DNA from: Spongiibacteraceae bacterium
GTDB lineage: Bacteria > Pseudomonadota > Gammaproteobacteria > Pseudomonadales > Spongiibacteraceae
Direction of reading: 5' to 3'
Assembly (NCBI GenBank): GCA_002710725.1
Contig: PAKT01000092.1
Span: forward strand, 278 to 64,277
DNA length: 64,000 nt
Shown here: positions 1 to 10,915 of the stretch, in pieces
How the letters are laid out: the number at the start of each line of letters is the position of its first letter
How positions within the stretch are numbered: position 1 is the first letter of the stretch
Position numbers and translations under genes: made by a program
The notes under the pieces: generated by a model
Database searches by the model: none
Told to the model about the DNA's origin: nothing
What the model saw: only the letters and a program-made list of their open reading frames with translations

Positions 1-20
1 ATAGGCAGGCCCTTGCCGAT

Positions 21-371
21 GTGTCCAAGAAGGGATTAGCGCAAAACCGCTTTCTGATACTACCTGAGTGCATAACGCGGTTGATCTTTGCGAATGAACA
101 GGGCAACTTGCGTTCGATATGCGGTGGAGGAGAGTCAGTGGTGTTTGAGGATCAGGACAGTGAAGCCCTGCTGGCGGCGGTTAATCAGGTCATGCCTTTC
201 GGCAAATACAAGGGCCGGCGCCTGCTGGAACTGCCGGAACCCTACCTGGTCTGGTTCAAGCAACAGGGCTTCCCGTCGGGAAAGCTGGGTGATCAGTTGG
301 CCTTGATGTACGAAGTGAAACTGAATGGTCTGGAGGGGATGCTCCGGCCTTTGCTGAGGCCGGAGCGATAG
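21..371 (+). CDS. DUF3820-family small protein (true start probably near 140)
   Basis: MPFGKYKGRRLLELPEPYLVWF motif typical of this family; AGGAG-like RBS near 128-134 before GTG codons. Confidence 0.7.
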   Translation: MSKKGLAQNRFLILPECITRLIFANEQGNLRSICGGGESVVFEDQDSEALLAAVNQVMPFGKYKGRRLLELPEPYLVWFKQQGFPSGKLGDQLALMYEVKLNGLEGMLRPLLRPER

Positions 372-380
372 GCTTACCCC

Positions 381-1646
381 TCAGGGTAAAAGCTGGAACA
401 GGGTGCAGGCACTATCCAGTGGTGTGCCCGCGAAAGGACAAGTCGTGCTGCCGCCGCCGATATCAACAAGCGGGCCGAGCAGCAGGTCAAGCGGCGTGCC
501 GGTTGGGCTGGACCCGCCGCCACTGCCACCGGTCAGGCCTTCGGTAACGGCTCCCAGCAGCAGTGATATCGGGTTGTCACCAGCCTGAGCCTCACCCAGC
601 CCGGAAAAGGCCGCCAGCAGAATCGCCGGCAAGACCGTGTTTTCGATAGGGTCGAGCACCGGCGCCAGATCGTTGTTCAGGGCGTTGGTCACTTCCGGCA
701 GGGCAACCGACAGCAGGTTTTCACCGAACGTGGATGTCAATTGGCTGACACCTGCGGCAATGGGTCCGCTGATAACGCCCGGTTGGCCCGCCTGTTCTTC
801 GATAAAGGCTAGCGGAACGATTTGCGTAAGGGTATTGATCAGCAGCCGGTTCAGAGTGCCTTCCAGTGCAGTGGCCGCAAACTCACCGTTATAGCGGCCA
901 AACCACAGCATCGTGGTATTGATGTCGTTGAGTGCAGTGCTCAGGGTCGTAATCACGCCTCCCAGGATTGGAGCTGATCGTACCTCGGGGGGCAGTGATG
1001 CAACGCCTCCCTGAAAGGCGACGGCCAGCTGGCTGGTTAGCAAAGTCAGGTAGTGCAGGTCTGCATCCTGACCGCTGCCGGGTGAGCCGCCGCTGGGAAA
1101 CTGTTCGAGCACTGGCGCGAGGGCCTCACCGAGGGGCTCCAGGGGCGTGCCTGCCAGAGGATTGGTGCCAGTGTTCCCGCCACCATTGTCAGCGCTATTA
1201 CAGTCACTGCCAGTCAGGGCTCCCAGGGCGCCGGGTAAATCATTGGCGAGTTCGTTCAGGGAAAACTCGATATTGCCCGCTGCGGCTTCGAAAGCGGCAG
1301 GATCTTGAGAGCTGGCGGCTTCGGACAGCGCCAGCGCGATTGCATCGAGAATATCAATGGTATCGATGACCACCGCCTGGCGGACACAGTCCAGCGAGCC
1401 TTCGAGTGGCGTACCTTCGGCTCCTGCGATGATCTGACTGAATACGTCTTCGGATAAGGGGCGTTGCACTTCATCCAGAGGGCCATTCACACCGTCATCG
1501 ACCGTTCTGTTGACCGGTGGGCTCTGGGGTGAGGAGCTGGTTGGCGTCGACGACGATGAGCTGGAGCCGCCATTACAGGCGGCGAGCATGACTGAGACAG
1601 CGGCTAGCATTAAACCGGTTAACAGGGTTTTGAGTGGCCTTACCAT
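381..1646 (-). CDS. Hypothetical lipoprotein
   Basis: 421 aa; signal peptide with lipobox LAAC, Ser/Pro linker, four GTPL(E/D) motifs. Confidence 0.7.
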   Translation of the reverse strand: MVRPLKTLLTGLMLAAVSVMLAACNGGSSSSSSTPTSSSPQSPPVNRTVDDGVNGPLDEVQRPLSEDVFSQIIAGAEGTPLEGSLDCVRQAVVIDTIDILDAIALALSEAASSQDPAAFEAAAGNIEFSLNELANDLPGALGALTGSDCNSADNGGGNTGTNPLAGTPLEPLGEALAPVLEQFPSGGSPGSGQDADLHYLTLLTSQLAVAFQGGVASLPPEVRSAPILGGVITTLSTALNDINTTMLWFGRYNGEFAATALEGTLNRLLINTLTQIVPLAFIEEQAGQPGVISGPIAAGVSQLTSTFGENLLSVALPEVTNALNNDLAPVLDPIENTVLPAILLAAFSGLGEAQAGDNPISLLLGAVTEGLTGGSGGGSSPTGTPLDLLLGPLVDIGGGSTTCPFAGTPLDSACTLFQLLP

Positions 1647-1856
1647 GGTGATCCCTCTGTGGCAACGACGTTGATTGGCTTAGTTTGGTAATTGTTTGCA
1701 AATGCTACTGGCGCGCCTTAGCTTTGGCGATAGGTGTCGTTGCTTTTTTGTGCAGACTGGGTCACAGCCTGTAAATGTCGCGGGTTTGTGTGCGTTCCGG
1801 TTCGCAGTGAAAGTGCAAACTGGCGCACAAGACCCTATGGCGTGCGCGCAGCCAGG

Positions 1857-2846
1857 CTATGTGTTTTTTAAGAACCACTGAGCGGAGCGCTGGATGGACT
1901 GATCGATTGCAATCCGGCTGGGCAGGCCGCTGTGGCGCCGAATCTTGTCGGCACTGTGACCGCAGGTTTTGCCGAACATGCAAACCAGCAAGCGGTGAAG
2001 CGGCGGTTCGCGCCTGGTTCTGCTCAGTTTGAAAATCCACTCGAGACTTCGCGCGAGCAGCATAGCCGTTGGAAAAGACAGATCGCGGATGGGCTTGGGC
2101 GCGTTCAGCGCGCGCTGCAACTGGCTGAGGCATTCGCGCCAGTTCATATCACTTTCGTCTCGCGCGTTGTAAGTTTCATTGAGCGCGGTGTCGCTGTCGG
2201 CGGCCCACAAAATCAGGTCGATTAGATTGTCTACGTCGATCAGGCCGGCGTGAGCAAGGCCACCTCCGATAGTCAGCATGTGGCCTGATTTCAGGGCTGT
2301 ACCTATTTCCGAGATAAACTGACTGCCCGGGCCGATAATGTTGCCGGGGCGAATGATCGTGAAAGGCAGGTTGTGATCGCTGGCCATGCGCAGCACCCGC
2401 TGTTCCCCTTCGAGTTTGCTGTCGCCATAACCAAAACCCGTTTTCCGTACAGGGGAGGATTCATCTGCCGGAGCAATCGGGTAACCGTAGACGTCCACCG
2501 TTGAAATATGCACGAAGCGTTTCAGCGCCGGGCTGTTTTGCACGAGCGCATCGAGCAGATGCTGCACACCGGCCACATTGGCGCGGTAGTAGTTGTCGTC
2601 GCTATCCCAGGTTTTCACATTGGCTGCGCAGTGAAAGATCCACTCGCAATCGCGCACTGCAAGCTCCAGCGCGTTTTGGTCACAAAGGTCGCCATAGACG
2701 ATATGGCATTGGGATTTCAGGGTGGCATCCAGCGCGGCAGTGGGTCTGACCAGTAGGCTAAGCTGGTATCCCTCGTCCAGAAGTCGGCGCGCGAGTCGGC
2801 CGCCGAGAAATCCGCTGGCGCCGGTCACGAGCACTTTGGCAGTCAT
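1857..2846 (-). CDS. NAD-dependent epimerase/dehydratase (3-beta-HSD-like extended SDR)
   Basis: VTGASGFLGG Rossmann motif, YGDSK catalytic YxxxK; start taken at MTAK. Confidence 0.85.
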   Translation of the reverse strand: MTAKVLVTGASGFLGGRLARRLLDEGYQLSLLVRPTAALDATLKSQCHIVYGDLCDQNALELAVRDCEWIFHCAANVKTWDSDDNYYRANVAGVQHLLDALVQNSPALKRFVHISTVDVYGYPIAPADESSPVRKTGFGYGDSKLEGEQRVLRMASDHNLPFTIIRPGNIIGPGSQFISEIGTALKSGHMLTIGGGLAHAGLIDVDNLIDLILWAADSDTALNETYNARDESDMNWRECLSQLQRALNAPKPIRDLSFPTAMLLARSLEWIFKLSRTRREPPLHRLLVCMFGKTCGHSADKIRRHSGLPSRIAIDQSIQRSAQWFLKNT

Positions 2847-2891
2847 CGGTATGCTATGATTTCGCGCCATATTTGGCGGCAAATTGCATTC

Positions 2892-5330
2892 ATGTCACTT
2901 CCCATTTACCAGGTTATGCCCGACATTCTGCGCGCTTTGCAAACGCGGGCTGAGGCCATTGTGGTGGCTGAACCCGGCGCGGGCAAGACCACCGGCATAC
3001 CGCTCGCCTTGCTGTCCTGCGAATGGCTGGGAAGTCAGCGGATTCTGATGCTGGAGCCGCGCCGTATTGCCGCAAAACTTGCAGCCCAGCGTATGGCCAG
3101 TGTGCTCGGCGAAGAGCCGGGTGAAACCATCGGTTACCGCATGCGCCTGGAAAGCCGGCTCTCCCAGCGCACGCGAATTGAAGTGGTGACGGAGGGCGTG
3201 CTGCTTCGCCTGCTGCAAAACGACCCCAGCCTTGAAGGTTACGGGCTGGTTATTTTTGACGAGTTTCACGAGCGCTCGGTTGATGCGGACCTGGGCCTGG
3301 CCTTGTGCCGCTACGCCCGGGAACTGTTTCGCGAAGACGCACCACTGAAAATTCTGGTGATGTCGGCGACACTGGACAGCGAGCGTGTGTCGAACTATCT
3401 CGACGCAGCTCCGGTGATTCGCAGTCAGGGGCGCAGTTTTCCGGTGGCGGTGCACTACGGCGAGCGCCTGGACAGGCGCGATCTCATTGTGGGCTTACAC
3501 CGGCAGATACTGCGCTGTCTGGCGGAGAGCGAGGGCAGTATCCTGGTGTTTTTGCCGGGCCAGGGAGAAATTCTCAGTCTGGAGAGAGCCTTACGCGAAG
3601 GGGGCGTTGGGGACGATGTGCTGATCGCCCCGCTCTACGGTGCCCTGTCTCTGGAGCAGCAACAACAGGCGATACGCGCCCCCGCGCAGGGTGAACGCAA
3701 GGTCGTGCTGGCCACGGATATTGCCGAGTCCAGTTTGACCATCGAAGGGATTAGCACTGTCATCGACAGCGGCTGGTCGCGGCAACCGGAGTTTGATGCG
3801 CGCCTCGGCATGAGCCGTTTGGCGACCAAGCGTATTACCCGGGCCAGTGCTGAGCAGCGCGCAGGGCGCGCCGGGCGTCTCGGCCCCGGTATTGCCTGGC
3901 GGATGTGGAGTGAGGAGCAACACCGGGAATTACGCGCCTTCGGAGAACCGGAAATTCTGAATACGGATCTGGCACCGGTGGCGCTGCAGTTGCTTGCCTG
4001 GGGCGTAAGCCGTGAAGAGTTAGCTTGGCTGGATGCACCCAATCCTGCGGCCTGGCAGCAGGCGCTGTCTTTGTTACGGGAGATGGGCGCCTGTGACGAC
4101 TCAGGCCTTATTACTGCCCACGGCGAGGCGATGTCAGCGCTGCCCGCTCACCCCCGCCTTTCCCATATGCTGATACGCGCTGCCGAGTTGGGCTTTCTGG
4201 AAACGGCCTCGGAAATCGCCGCACTCTTGTCGGAGCGCGACCCGGTCTCGTCCCGAGGGGCGGACATCAGTCGCAGGCTGCCGCTGTCGTCACTGGGTAA
4301 ACACCACGGCATAAAACGCATGCAGCAGCAGGCCCGTCAGTTTCGCCAACAGCTGGCGCATCACGTGGTCACCAAAACCAGTCTCTCAAGCCAGGAGTGC
4401 ATTGGCGCCTGTATCGCACTGGCCTATCCCGATCGCATCGCCCTTCAGCGTTCAGCGGGCGGAACCGCATACCAGTTGGCCAACGGTCGCGGCGCGGTAT
4501 TGGCTGAGGAGGAGGGCCTGCGGCGGGAGCGGTGGCTGGCGGTCGCGCATCTGGGCGGAGCAGCTGGTTATTCGAATGATCGAATTTTTCTGGCGTCGGC
4601 GCTGGACCCGCATCTGTTTGCTAATGTTCTACCCGCGCCGCAGGCTGTGGATGTGCTGGAATGGCAGGCCAATGGCCAGTTATTGCTGGAGCGGCAATAT
4701 CGCGTCGGTAAATTGATCGTCGAGCGGCAAGCGGCGGCAAAAGCGGACGACAACACGAAAAAGCGTGCTGTGCTTCAGTGGCTGGAAGAACAGGGGCTGG
4801 ACAAGTTGCCCTGGTCAGCTGGCCTGCGTGCCTGGCAGCAGCGGGTGCTTTGCCTGCGCGCGCTGGATTTGCAGTCCGAAACTCACAGTGACTGGCCGGA
4901 CGTGTCCGATGCCTGGCTCCAGCGCCATCTGGAGCAGTGGTTGTTGCCCTTTTTGCCGGCGATCACCCATGTGCGGCATTTGCAGTCGATTGACCTCGGG
5001 GCTGCGCTGAAAAGTTTGCTGGAGTGGCCCCTGCCGCGGCTATTGGATGAGCAGGCACCGACCCATTTGACGGTGCCGACGGGCTCGCGCATCGCCATCG
5101 ACTATTCCCAGTCACCGCCGGTGTTGGCGGTCAAGCTGCAGGAAATGTTTGGCCAGCGGGAAACACCGCGTGTGGCGCAGGGCCGGCTGTCGCTGACCCT
5201 GCACCTTTTGTCACCGGCGGGCAGACCGCTGCAGGTTACCCAGGATCTCGCAAGTTTCTGGGCCAATAGTTACAGCGAAGTAAAAAAAGACATGAAAGGG
5301 CGATACCCGAAACTAACACATAACATTTAA
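2892..5330 (+). CDS. hrpB: ATP-dependent RNA helicase HrpB, C-terminus replaced by island-encoded LTHNI
   Basis: AEPGAGKT, DEFH, SAT, QRAGRAGR, LLSPAGRPLQVTQDL and KGRYPK motifs; the conserved HPWPDDP tail is displaced to 25532. Confidence 0.93.
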   Translation: MSLPIYQVMPDILRALQTRAEAIVVAEPGAGKTTGIPLALLSCEWLGSQRILMLEPRRIAAKLAAQRMASVLGEEPGETIGYRMRLESRLSQRTRIEVVTEGVLLRLLQNDPSLEGYGLVIFDEFHERSVDADLGLALCRYARELFREDAPLKILVMSATLDSERVSNYLDAAPVIRSQGRSFPVAVHYGERLDRRDLIVGLHRQILRCLAESEGSILVFLPGQGEILSLERALREGGVGDDVLIAPLYGALSLEQQQQAIRAPAQGERKVVLATDIAESSLTIEGISTVIDSGWSRQPEFDARLGMSRLATKRITRASAEQRAGRAGRLGPGIAWRMWSEEQHRELRAFGEPEILNTDLAPVALQLLAWGVSREELAWLDAPNPAAWQQALSLLREMGACDDSGLITAHGEAMSALPAHPRLSHMLIRAAELGFLETASEIAALLSERDPVSSRGADISRRLPLSSLGKHHGIKRMQQQARQFRQQLAHHVVTKTSLSSQECIGACIALAYPDRIALQRSAGGTAYQLANGRGAVLAEEEGLRRERWLAVAHLGGAAGYSNDRIFLASALDPHLFANVLPAPQAVDVLEWQANGQLLLERQYRVGKLIVERQAAAKADDNTKKRAVLQWLEEQGLDKLPWSAGLRAWQQRVLCLRALDLQSETHSDWPDVSDAWLQRHLEQWLLPFLPAITHVRHLQSIDLGAALKSLLEWPLPRLLDEQAPTHLTVPTGSRIAIDYSQSPPVLAVKLQEMFGQRETPRVAQGRLSLTLHLLSPAGRPLQVTQDLASFWANSYSEVKKDMKGRYPKLTHNI

Positions 5331-5365
5331 GTTGACGCATCCACACATAACATCATATTGTTGAC
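5314..5365 (+). repeat. Left-end repeats (candidate recombinase binding sites)
   Basis: ACACATAACAT at 5316-5326 and 5343-5353, each followed by GTTGAC (5331-5336, 5360-5365). Confidence 0.65.
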
Positions 5366-5390
5366 TATGTCTTAAGCTTAAGGCGCTACA

Positions 5391-6860
5391 ATGGCCTATA
5401 GAAATGATCTGCATGGAAATAGGCTATTGAACATATCGGTAGCCTCAAACCTTTTTGCGGCTATATCAGCCGGTAGAGTGAAAGGGGCTTCCAGGACGCC
5501 AGTGGAAGGTGGATCTTCCAACGAATACTTCTACCTCGTTCCTGAGTTGGCAGGTGCTAGCATTGAGCGGGACGTGTTCAATATGCCTTTCCTGCTTAAT
5601 TCCAATGGGCTCCCCTGGTTTGAAGCTAACAGCTATCTTTTCAGTCTGGTTGCAAATAAACACGTTATGACCAGACCTACCGATGACGTTCGGAGAAAGG
5701 CAGCCCGGCTACTCGACTATAAACTGTTCACAGAGCAGCACGGGTTCGATTGGCTAAACTTTGAAGCACGCAGACTTACAGCACGACCCACATATCGCTA
5801 CTTTAAGTACCTTGTTGAGGAGCGGTGTCTTGGCGCTGCAGCGGTTAATCAGTACACAGGTGATGTGTATAGCTTCTATGAGTTTGTAAGCAAGAACTGG
5901 CACGACCTGCCAATGGAGCGTGTTGATCGAATACAAACCATTAGGATTCACTACTCAGGTGCTCGCGGGTTTGGGTCATTTGAAAAGATAAAGCGGTCGC
6001 AAACTAAAAGGCTCCCTCCTGCTAAGTCACTTGAAACTGGCTATCTACGAGATGAAGGCGAGACACTTAGGCCCTTAAGAGGTGAGGAACTGACTGAGTT
6101 TATAGGTATCATTCATAGTCCGAGTTGGTCTCCTATTGAGAGACTGATAATGCTATTCGCGCTCATGACAGGTGCAAGAAAACAATCTGTTCTTACCTTG
6201 AGAGTTAAGCATGTCGACCAAATGATCGCATCAGGGCCAGGACGCAATGGATCTTATAAGTTGAACGCAGGGCCCGGGACAAAAATAGACACAAAAAACG
6301 GAAAGCCGCAAATTCTCCACTTGCCATCTAGGCTTGTTGACGCGTTGCAGGTATACACCGTCTCCAAGCAGTTCGCTGAGCGCAGGGAAAAATTCAAGCT
6401 CAAGTATCGATTATCGTACCCGGAATTGCCTGAACTTCCAGATGAAGATATGTACGTTTTTTTGAGCGACCAGGGTAATTGCTACTATATGGGAAAGGAC
6501 GACCCACGGTACCCGGTTGTAAAGTCCAGGCCGATAGGGCAGGTAGTAGACACTCTCAAAAGGAAGGTGCTAAAGGCTTCTTCTGATAGGTTTCCACGAG
6601 ATTTTTATTACCACTGGCTAAGAGCTACGTATGCACTGCTTTTGTGGGAGGCCATTTCGCCACTGGTCGATTCCAGTGCAATGACTACCACAGATGCTAT
6701 AAGCATAATTCAAACTAGGCTCCATCACGTCCACAGAGAAACGTCCGAAAACTACTTGAAGCTTTTACGAAAAATAAATGTCAAATATGCTATGCAAGAA
6801 GAATATGAAAAGCTGTTAATACCTGGCTATGTCATGCTCATGGAGGAGGTGAACATTTGA
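5391..6860 (+). CDS. Tyrosine recombinase, GinA-like
   Basis: TGARK (Arg-I), HWLR (HxxR), LHH...ENY (His/Tyr) catalytic signature. Confidence 0.85.
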   Translation: MAYRNDLHGNRLLNISVASNLFAAISAGRVKGASRTPVEGGSSNEYFYLVPELAGASIERDVFNMPFLLNSNGLPWFEANSYLFSLVANKHVMTRPTDDVRRKAARLLDYKLFTEQHGFDWLNFEARRLTARPTYRYFKYLVEERCLGAAAVNQYTGDVYSFYEFVSKNWHDLPMERVDRIQTIRIHYSGARGFGSFEKIKRSQTKRLPPAKSLETGYLRDEGETLRPLRGEELTEFIGIIHSPSWSPIERLIMLFALMTGARKQSVLTLRVKHVDQMIASGPGRNGSYKLNAGPGTKIDTKNGKPQILHLPSRLVDALQVYTVSKQFAERREKFKLKYRLSYPELPELPDEDMYVFLSDQGNCYYMGKDDPRYPVVKSRPIGQVVDTLKRKVLKASSDRFPRDFYYHWLRATYALLLWEAISPLVDSSAMTTTDAISIIQTRLHHVHRETSENYLKLLRKINVKYAMQEEYEKLLIPGYVMLMEEVNI

Positions 6861-8821
6861 TGGAAAATAGTAGTGGAAAGTTTACATACAGAAAAACCAA
6901 TGTAGTGAATAGGACGCAGCTTGGTACAGAGTACATTAGGCCAGAAGAAATTCTTATCAAGCTTGAGGGGTCTAGAAGAAACACTCCGATCGATGTGGGC
7001 TGCTGGTGTTATAGGAAGAGGGGGCACGCACGCTCGCGTCCGGAGGCGCACCGCCGGGGTGAAAGATTAGTAGATCTATCTACCTTTGATAAAGGCAGGC
7101 GTGAGCTCGTTGCTCGTTTTCTTGACCGCATTTCCGTATCAGGATTAAGAGATGAATCAATTCTTTCGGAAATAAAATATATTACGAGTGCGCTTGATTG
7201 GATTGATTCCTTTGGTCATGAAGCCTTTTATAAAAACGAAGAAGCCGCTTTTGAAGCGTATAAGGGGTATTCTAATTACCTAAATGGACGGATACGAGGT
7301 GATGGCTTTTCGCCAAATTCTGCCTGTAGGCTTCAAAGGGCACTACTTTCTTTAGTGCGTTTAATGCTGCCGTCTTCGGCGACCAGGGTGAAACATTCTA
7401 TCCCTGCTATATCTGAGAGTAGAGGTGGGGTCGCCGCACCATCATCTAAGTCTGTATCACATGCTATATCAATCCTTGTCCCATTCATGCGGGCGTTGAG
7501 AACGGCAGTTATGCACGATGACTATCCATTCCGAATAACAACTTCGAATTTGGATATTAGCCTCTTCCCAATGAACAAGAAGCGATCATACAACCATAAA
7601 CTCGAGGAGCAGGAGCCTACCTCCGTTTACAGTATATATGACATGAAGAGCGGTAAAGTGATGTCATTTCAGGAATACTGGGAAAGCGTTCAGGAGAAGT
7701 GGAAAAACCCTGCGAAAACATTGCCGCGCGGTTACTATAAAAAGTCTAAAGAATTACTCGCTAAAGCAAATAAAGATAAACTTGGTAGTCGATTTAGAGC
7801 GATAGAGGCTCAGAAAGTAATCAAGCTCTATGCCTACATACTCCAGACTATAATGGGTGCGAATTCGTCAGCTCTCGTTAATCTTGAGTGGGCTGGTGCA
7901 TTAGAAATTTCCGAAGGATCCGTCAAGAAAGACTTCCGAACCTTGAAGTTTAGGTCGTCGGGAAAGGTTGAAACCTATCCGATAGGTGGTAAGCAAGGCT
8001 TAAAGTTATTAAGGGAATACCTTGAATTTAGGGAATGGTATCTCGGCAAGCGAAAATGCAAGTATCTTTTTTTCAGTGATTTTTCTAATTCCAAGAGTCA
8101 GGGTGTTCGTGTTAAGCCCAAAAGAATGGAATTCACCTATGCAACGAGTATACGAGAATGGCTTCATAACACTAAAATTCTAGACAAGTCTGCTTTTATA
8201 AATTCTACCCAAGCACGAAAATATAAGAATACAATTTTGAAGAGGCTGGGAGCAAACACAAAAGAGGCCGCCGAAGCGCTGAATCACAGCGAGCGCGTAA
8301 ATGAGTTACATTACAGTCAGATTCATATAGATGATGTAGAAGCTGAGCTATCTGGATACTGGGAAAAAGTTATTGCAACTGCGAAAAGTATATCGCTGTC
8401 AGCGGAGAGAAACAAAAACTCCGAAACGGATATTCCCTCTGGTAGCTGCAGGGATACAGGAAATCCCCAATCATCCATGGACCGCCCGCCGATTGAACCT
8501 TCATGTTCAACTCAGTATGGATGTTTATATTGTAAAAATTACGTCTGCCATGCCGACGTCGAAGATATTAGTAAATTGCTCTGCTTACTTTACGTTATCG
8601 AGGCCGTAAGAGATTCGGCGGAGGAGGCTCAGCGAGCGGAAGAAATGTTTAGGCCTCTAATAGTTCGCATCAATAGCCTTCTTTCTAGGATGATTGATTT
8701 ATATCCAGAGTTAAGCGGGCCATATGAAAAAGCTTACTGTGATGTATTTGATCGCGGGATTCTTATCCCATTCTGGGAGAATAGGTTGCAGCGCTATGAG
8801 GCTATGGGGGTTTGTCTATGA
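6860..8821 (+). CDS. Degenerate tyrosine-recombinase-like protein, GinB-like
   Basis: TGATG coupling to upstream gene; MGANSS / QARKY / LNHS..HY remnant motifs; C-terminal Cys cluster (GSC...C...GCLYC...CH). Confidence 0.7.
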   Translation: MENSSGKFTYRKTNVVNRTQLGTEYIRPEEILIKLEGSRRNTPIDVGCWCYRKRGHARSRPEAHRRGERLVDLSTFDKGRRELVARFLDRISVSGLRDESILSEIKYITSALDWIDSFGHEAFYKNEEAAFEAYKGYSNYLNGRIRGDGFSPNSACRLQRALLSLVRLMLPSSATRVKHSIPAISESRGGVAAPSSKSVSHAISILVPFMRALRTAVMHDDYPFRITTSNLDISLFPMNKKRSYNHKLEEQEPTSVYSIYDMKSGKVMSFQEYWESVQEKWKNPAKTLPRGYYKKSKELLAKANKDKLGSRFRAIEAQKVIKLYAYILQTIMGANSSALVNLEWAGALEISEGSVKKDFRTLKFRSSGKVETYPIGGKQGLKLLREYLEFREWYLGKRKCKYLFFSDFSNSKSQGVRVKPKRMEFTYATSIREWLHNTKILDKSAFINSTQARKYKNTILKRLGANTKEAAEALNHSERVNELHYSQIHIDDVEAELSGYWEKVIATAKSISLSAERNKNSETDIPSGSCRDTGNPQSSMDRPPIEPSCSTQYGCLYCKNYVCHADVEDISKLLCLLYVIEAVRDSAEEAQRAEEMFRPLIVRINSLLSRMIDLYPELSGPYEKAYCDVFDRGILIPFWENRLQRYEAMGVCL

Positions 8822-10875
8822 AGGCCGGCAACGAGAGTAGGATTTTTTCGCGTAGGAAGACAAAATTCAGTTTTACAAGTCAAGTAGCTCCTGATATATC
8901 ACCCGTTAGAGAAAAGCCTAGTGATCTATTTGTGTTGTGCAGGGATAAAGATGGTTCTGCTACAGCTATATACGGTGAGAGTAAGTGGGATCTAAATCCT
9001 TACCGACTGGCGGTGACCAAATTAGCCATCATTAATTTCGATACGGGGTTTGATTGCGACGATCTAGATCTCAAGCAAAAGCTGATATCTCAGGCAAAGT
9101 GGATTCTATATATTCTAATGTATTACCACAAAGGGGGTAGCTTGGGGACGCTAAGCTCCTCCTCAATACTGGGCTATTACTACCTTTTCGTTAGCATTGG
9201 AAGGTTCTGCATAGGCCAGCTAAACAATGACTTGGCTCGGGGAATAGACATAAACGATGTGCTTTCTAATACCGCGTATCTGAAGGCTTATGCTCGTAGT
9301 GTTTCGGATATTCAAAACACAATGAAGAAACTGAAGGGGCTATTGAAAAACTTAGATGCTCTGGATTTCAGTCTACTAGGATTTTATGTCTGCCCAGAAA
9401 CAGATATTAAATATAGTGCGAAGCCGCATCGTCAGCACCCGGTGATCCCGTTAAGGATATATTGTGAGTATATAAATCAATTTGGGGAAATACTGGATTT
9501 AGTTTATCCGCATGTTGAATCTATAAAGGATCTTATTGTCCGAATGGAGGATAGGTTCTGTGGCGCTTATGAATCGACGCAGCAGGGTGCGCTTGGAAAA
9601 AACACGGCTGACCTTCGTCCTACCATGAAGGCGCTAATTAAAGAATATGATTTAGAATCTCTTTTTTATAAAGATTTTCCGCTAAGGCATATAACGCGCC
9701 AATCATTTTCGACGTGGCTAGCAACGGTTCAATATGTTTGTAAGGTCGTGCTTCACATATATACAGGAATGCGAGATCAGGAAACATCAAGGTGTATGTT
9801 TGACTGCGTTGATAAGGTTTCTTTAAATGAACCCGTGATTGATGATTCAGGAGCGATTCTTGACGAATCAAAGATGCTATCAATTGTATCAACGACAACA
9901 AAGTTTGAGGGATATAAAAGAGAGGACTCTTGGCTAGCACCTATCCCTGCATTGAAGGCAATTAAAGTAGCGAAGGCTTTCGACGAAGGGCTGGCGGTCT
10001 TGTATGGAGTAGAAGTAAGTACTATGCACCTTTTTTCTAGCCCGGCGATTGTGCGCAATCGATCGAAGAAGTTGAGCGCTACTAGTTTCGCCAACACTAT
10101 CCTTACTAAGGAAGACTCTATTCTATATAGCCCTCAATTTAGAATTAGAAAAGAAGACCTGTACCTGCTAAGTGAAACTGATCCAGGAAGAGATTTTGCA
10201 AGCGAAAAAAAGTTTTCAGAGGGGGAGATATGGCCTTTCTCATCTCATCAGTGTCGTCGGTCCCTCGCATTCTACGCTGCAGCCAATGGAGTTTCCGAAG
10301 TTGCCATTCAGTCGCAGTTTAAGCATGCCGCTAGACAAATGTCCAGATACTATCGAAAAGGATTCGAGAATTTACTGACACTTTTTGGCCACAAGGAGGA
10401 TGTCGATGGATCTTATGCTTTGGGTAAAAATCACATTGCCTTTGAGTTTCAGATGGCCGTGCCCACGGGCGCTGTGGCGCTTCTTTTTGAAGATGTTTTT
10501 TCCTCAGACGCGACACTCATGGGCGGTGCTGGTTCATACATGGAAAAGCTAAGAAGCCATGTGGCATCTGGACAGTTGGCGATACTAGATGCAAAGGAAG
10601 AGACCATCAAGTTGGCGCATAAAGGGGAGACAGCATATCGCCCTACCTTGCTGGGTGGCTGCACAAAAGTAGGTCCATGTGACGATTTTCTGTTAGGGGA
10701 TGCGACCGCATGTTTGTCATGTGACGGGGCTGTGATTAGGAGCGATAAGCTAGATCGCCTAATTGCTGTTACCGAAGTCGAGGCGTCAGGATACGATGTG
10801 GATAGTGTTGAGTACCAAATAACGACGCAGGAGCTTTCTAACTTAAGGCTTTTTAAGGAGAAAAAGAACAAGTGA
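8818..10875 (+). CDS. Tyrosine recombinase, GinC-like
   Basis: ATGA overlap; TGMRDQE, HQCRRS, FKH....MSRYY; C-terminal GGC...C...CLSC. Confidence 0.85.
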   Translation: MKAGNESRIFSRRKTKFSFTSQVAPDISPVREKPSDLFVLCRDKDGSATAIYGESKWDLNPYRLAVTKLAIINFDTGFDCDDLDLKQKLISQAKWILYILMYYHKGGSLGTLSSSSILGYYYLFVSIGRFCIGQLNNDLARGIDINDVLSNTAYLKAYARSVSDIQNTMKKLKGLLKNLDALDFSLLGFYVCPETDIKYSAKPHRQHPVIPLRIYCEYINQFGEILDLVYPHVESIKDLIVRMEDRFCGAYESTQQGALGKNTADLRPTMKALIKEYDLESLFYKDFPLRHITRQSFSTWLATVQYVCKVVLHIYTGMRDQETSRCMFDCVDKVSLNEPVIDDSGAILDESKMLSIVSTTTKFEGYKREDSWLAPIPALKAIKVAKAFDEGLAVLYGVEVSTMHLFSSPAIVRNRSKKLSATSFANTILTKEDSILYSPQFRIRKEDLYLLSETDPGRDFASEKKFSEGEIWPFSSHQCRRSLAFYAAANGVSEVAIQSQFKHAARQMSRYYRKGFENLLTLFGHKEDVDGSYALGKNHIAFEFQMAVPTGAVALLFEDVFSSDATLMGGAGSYMEKLRSHVASGQLAILDAKEETIKLAHKGETAYRPTLLGGCTKVGPCDDFLLGDATACLSCDGAVIRSDKLDRLIAVTEVEASGYDVDSVEYQITTQELSNLRLFKEKKNK

Positions 10876-10915
10876 CTCGGATTTCATTTTTTGCGGGTTA
10901 CTAGTAGAGGATAAT

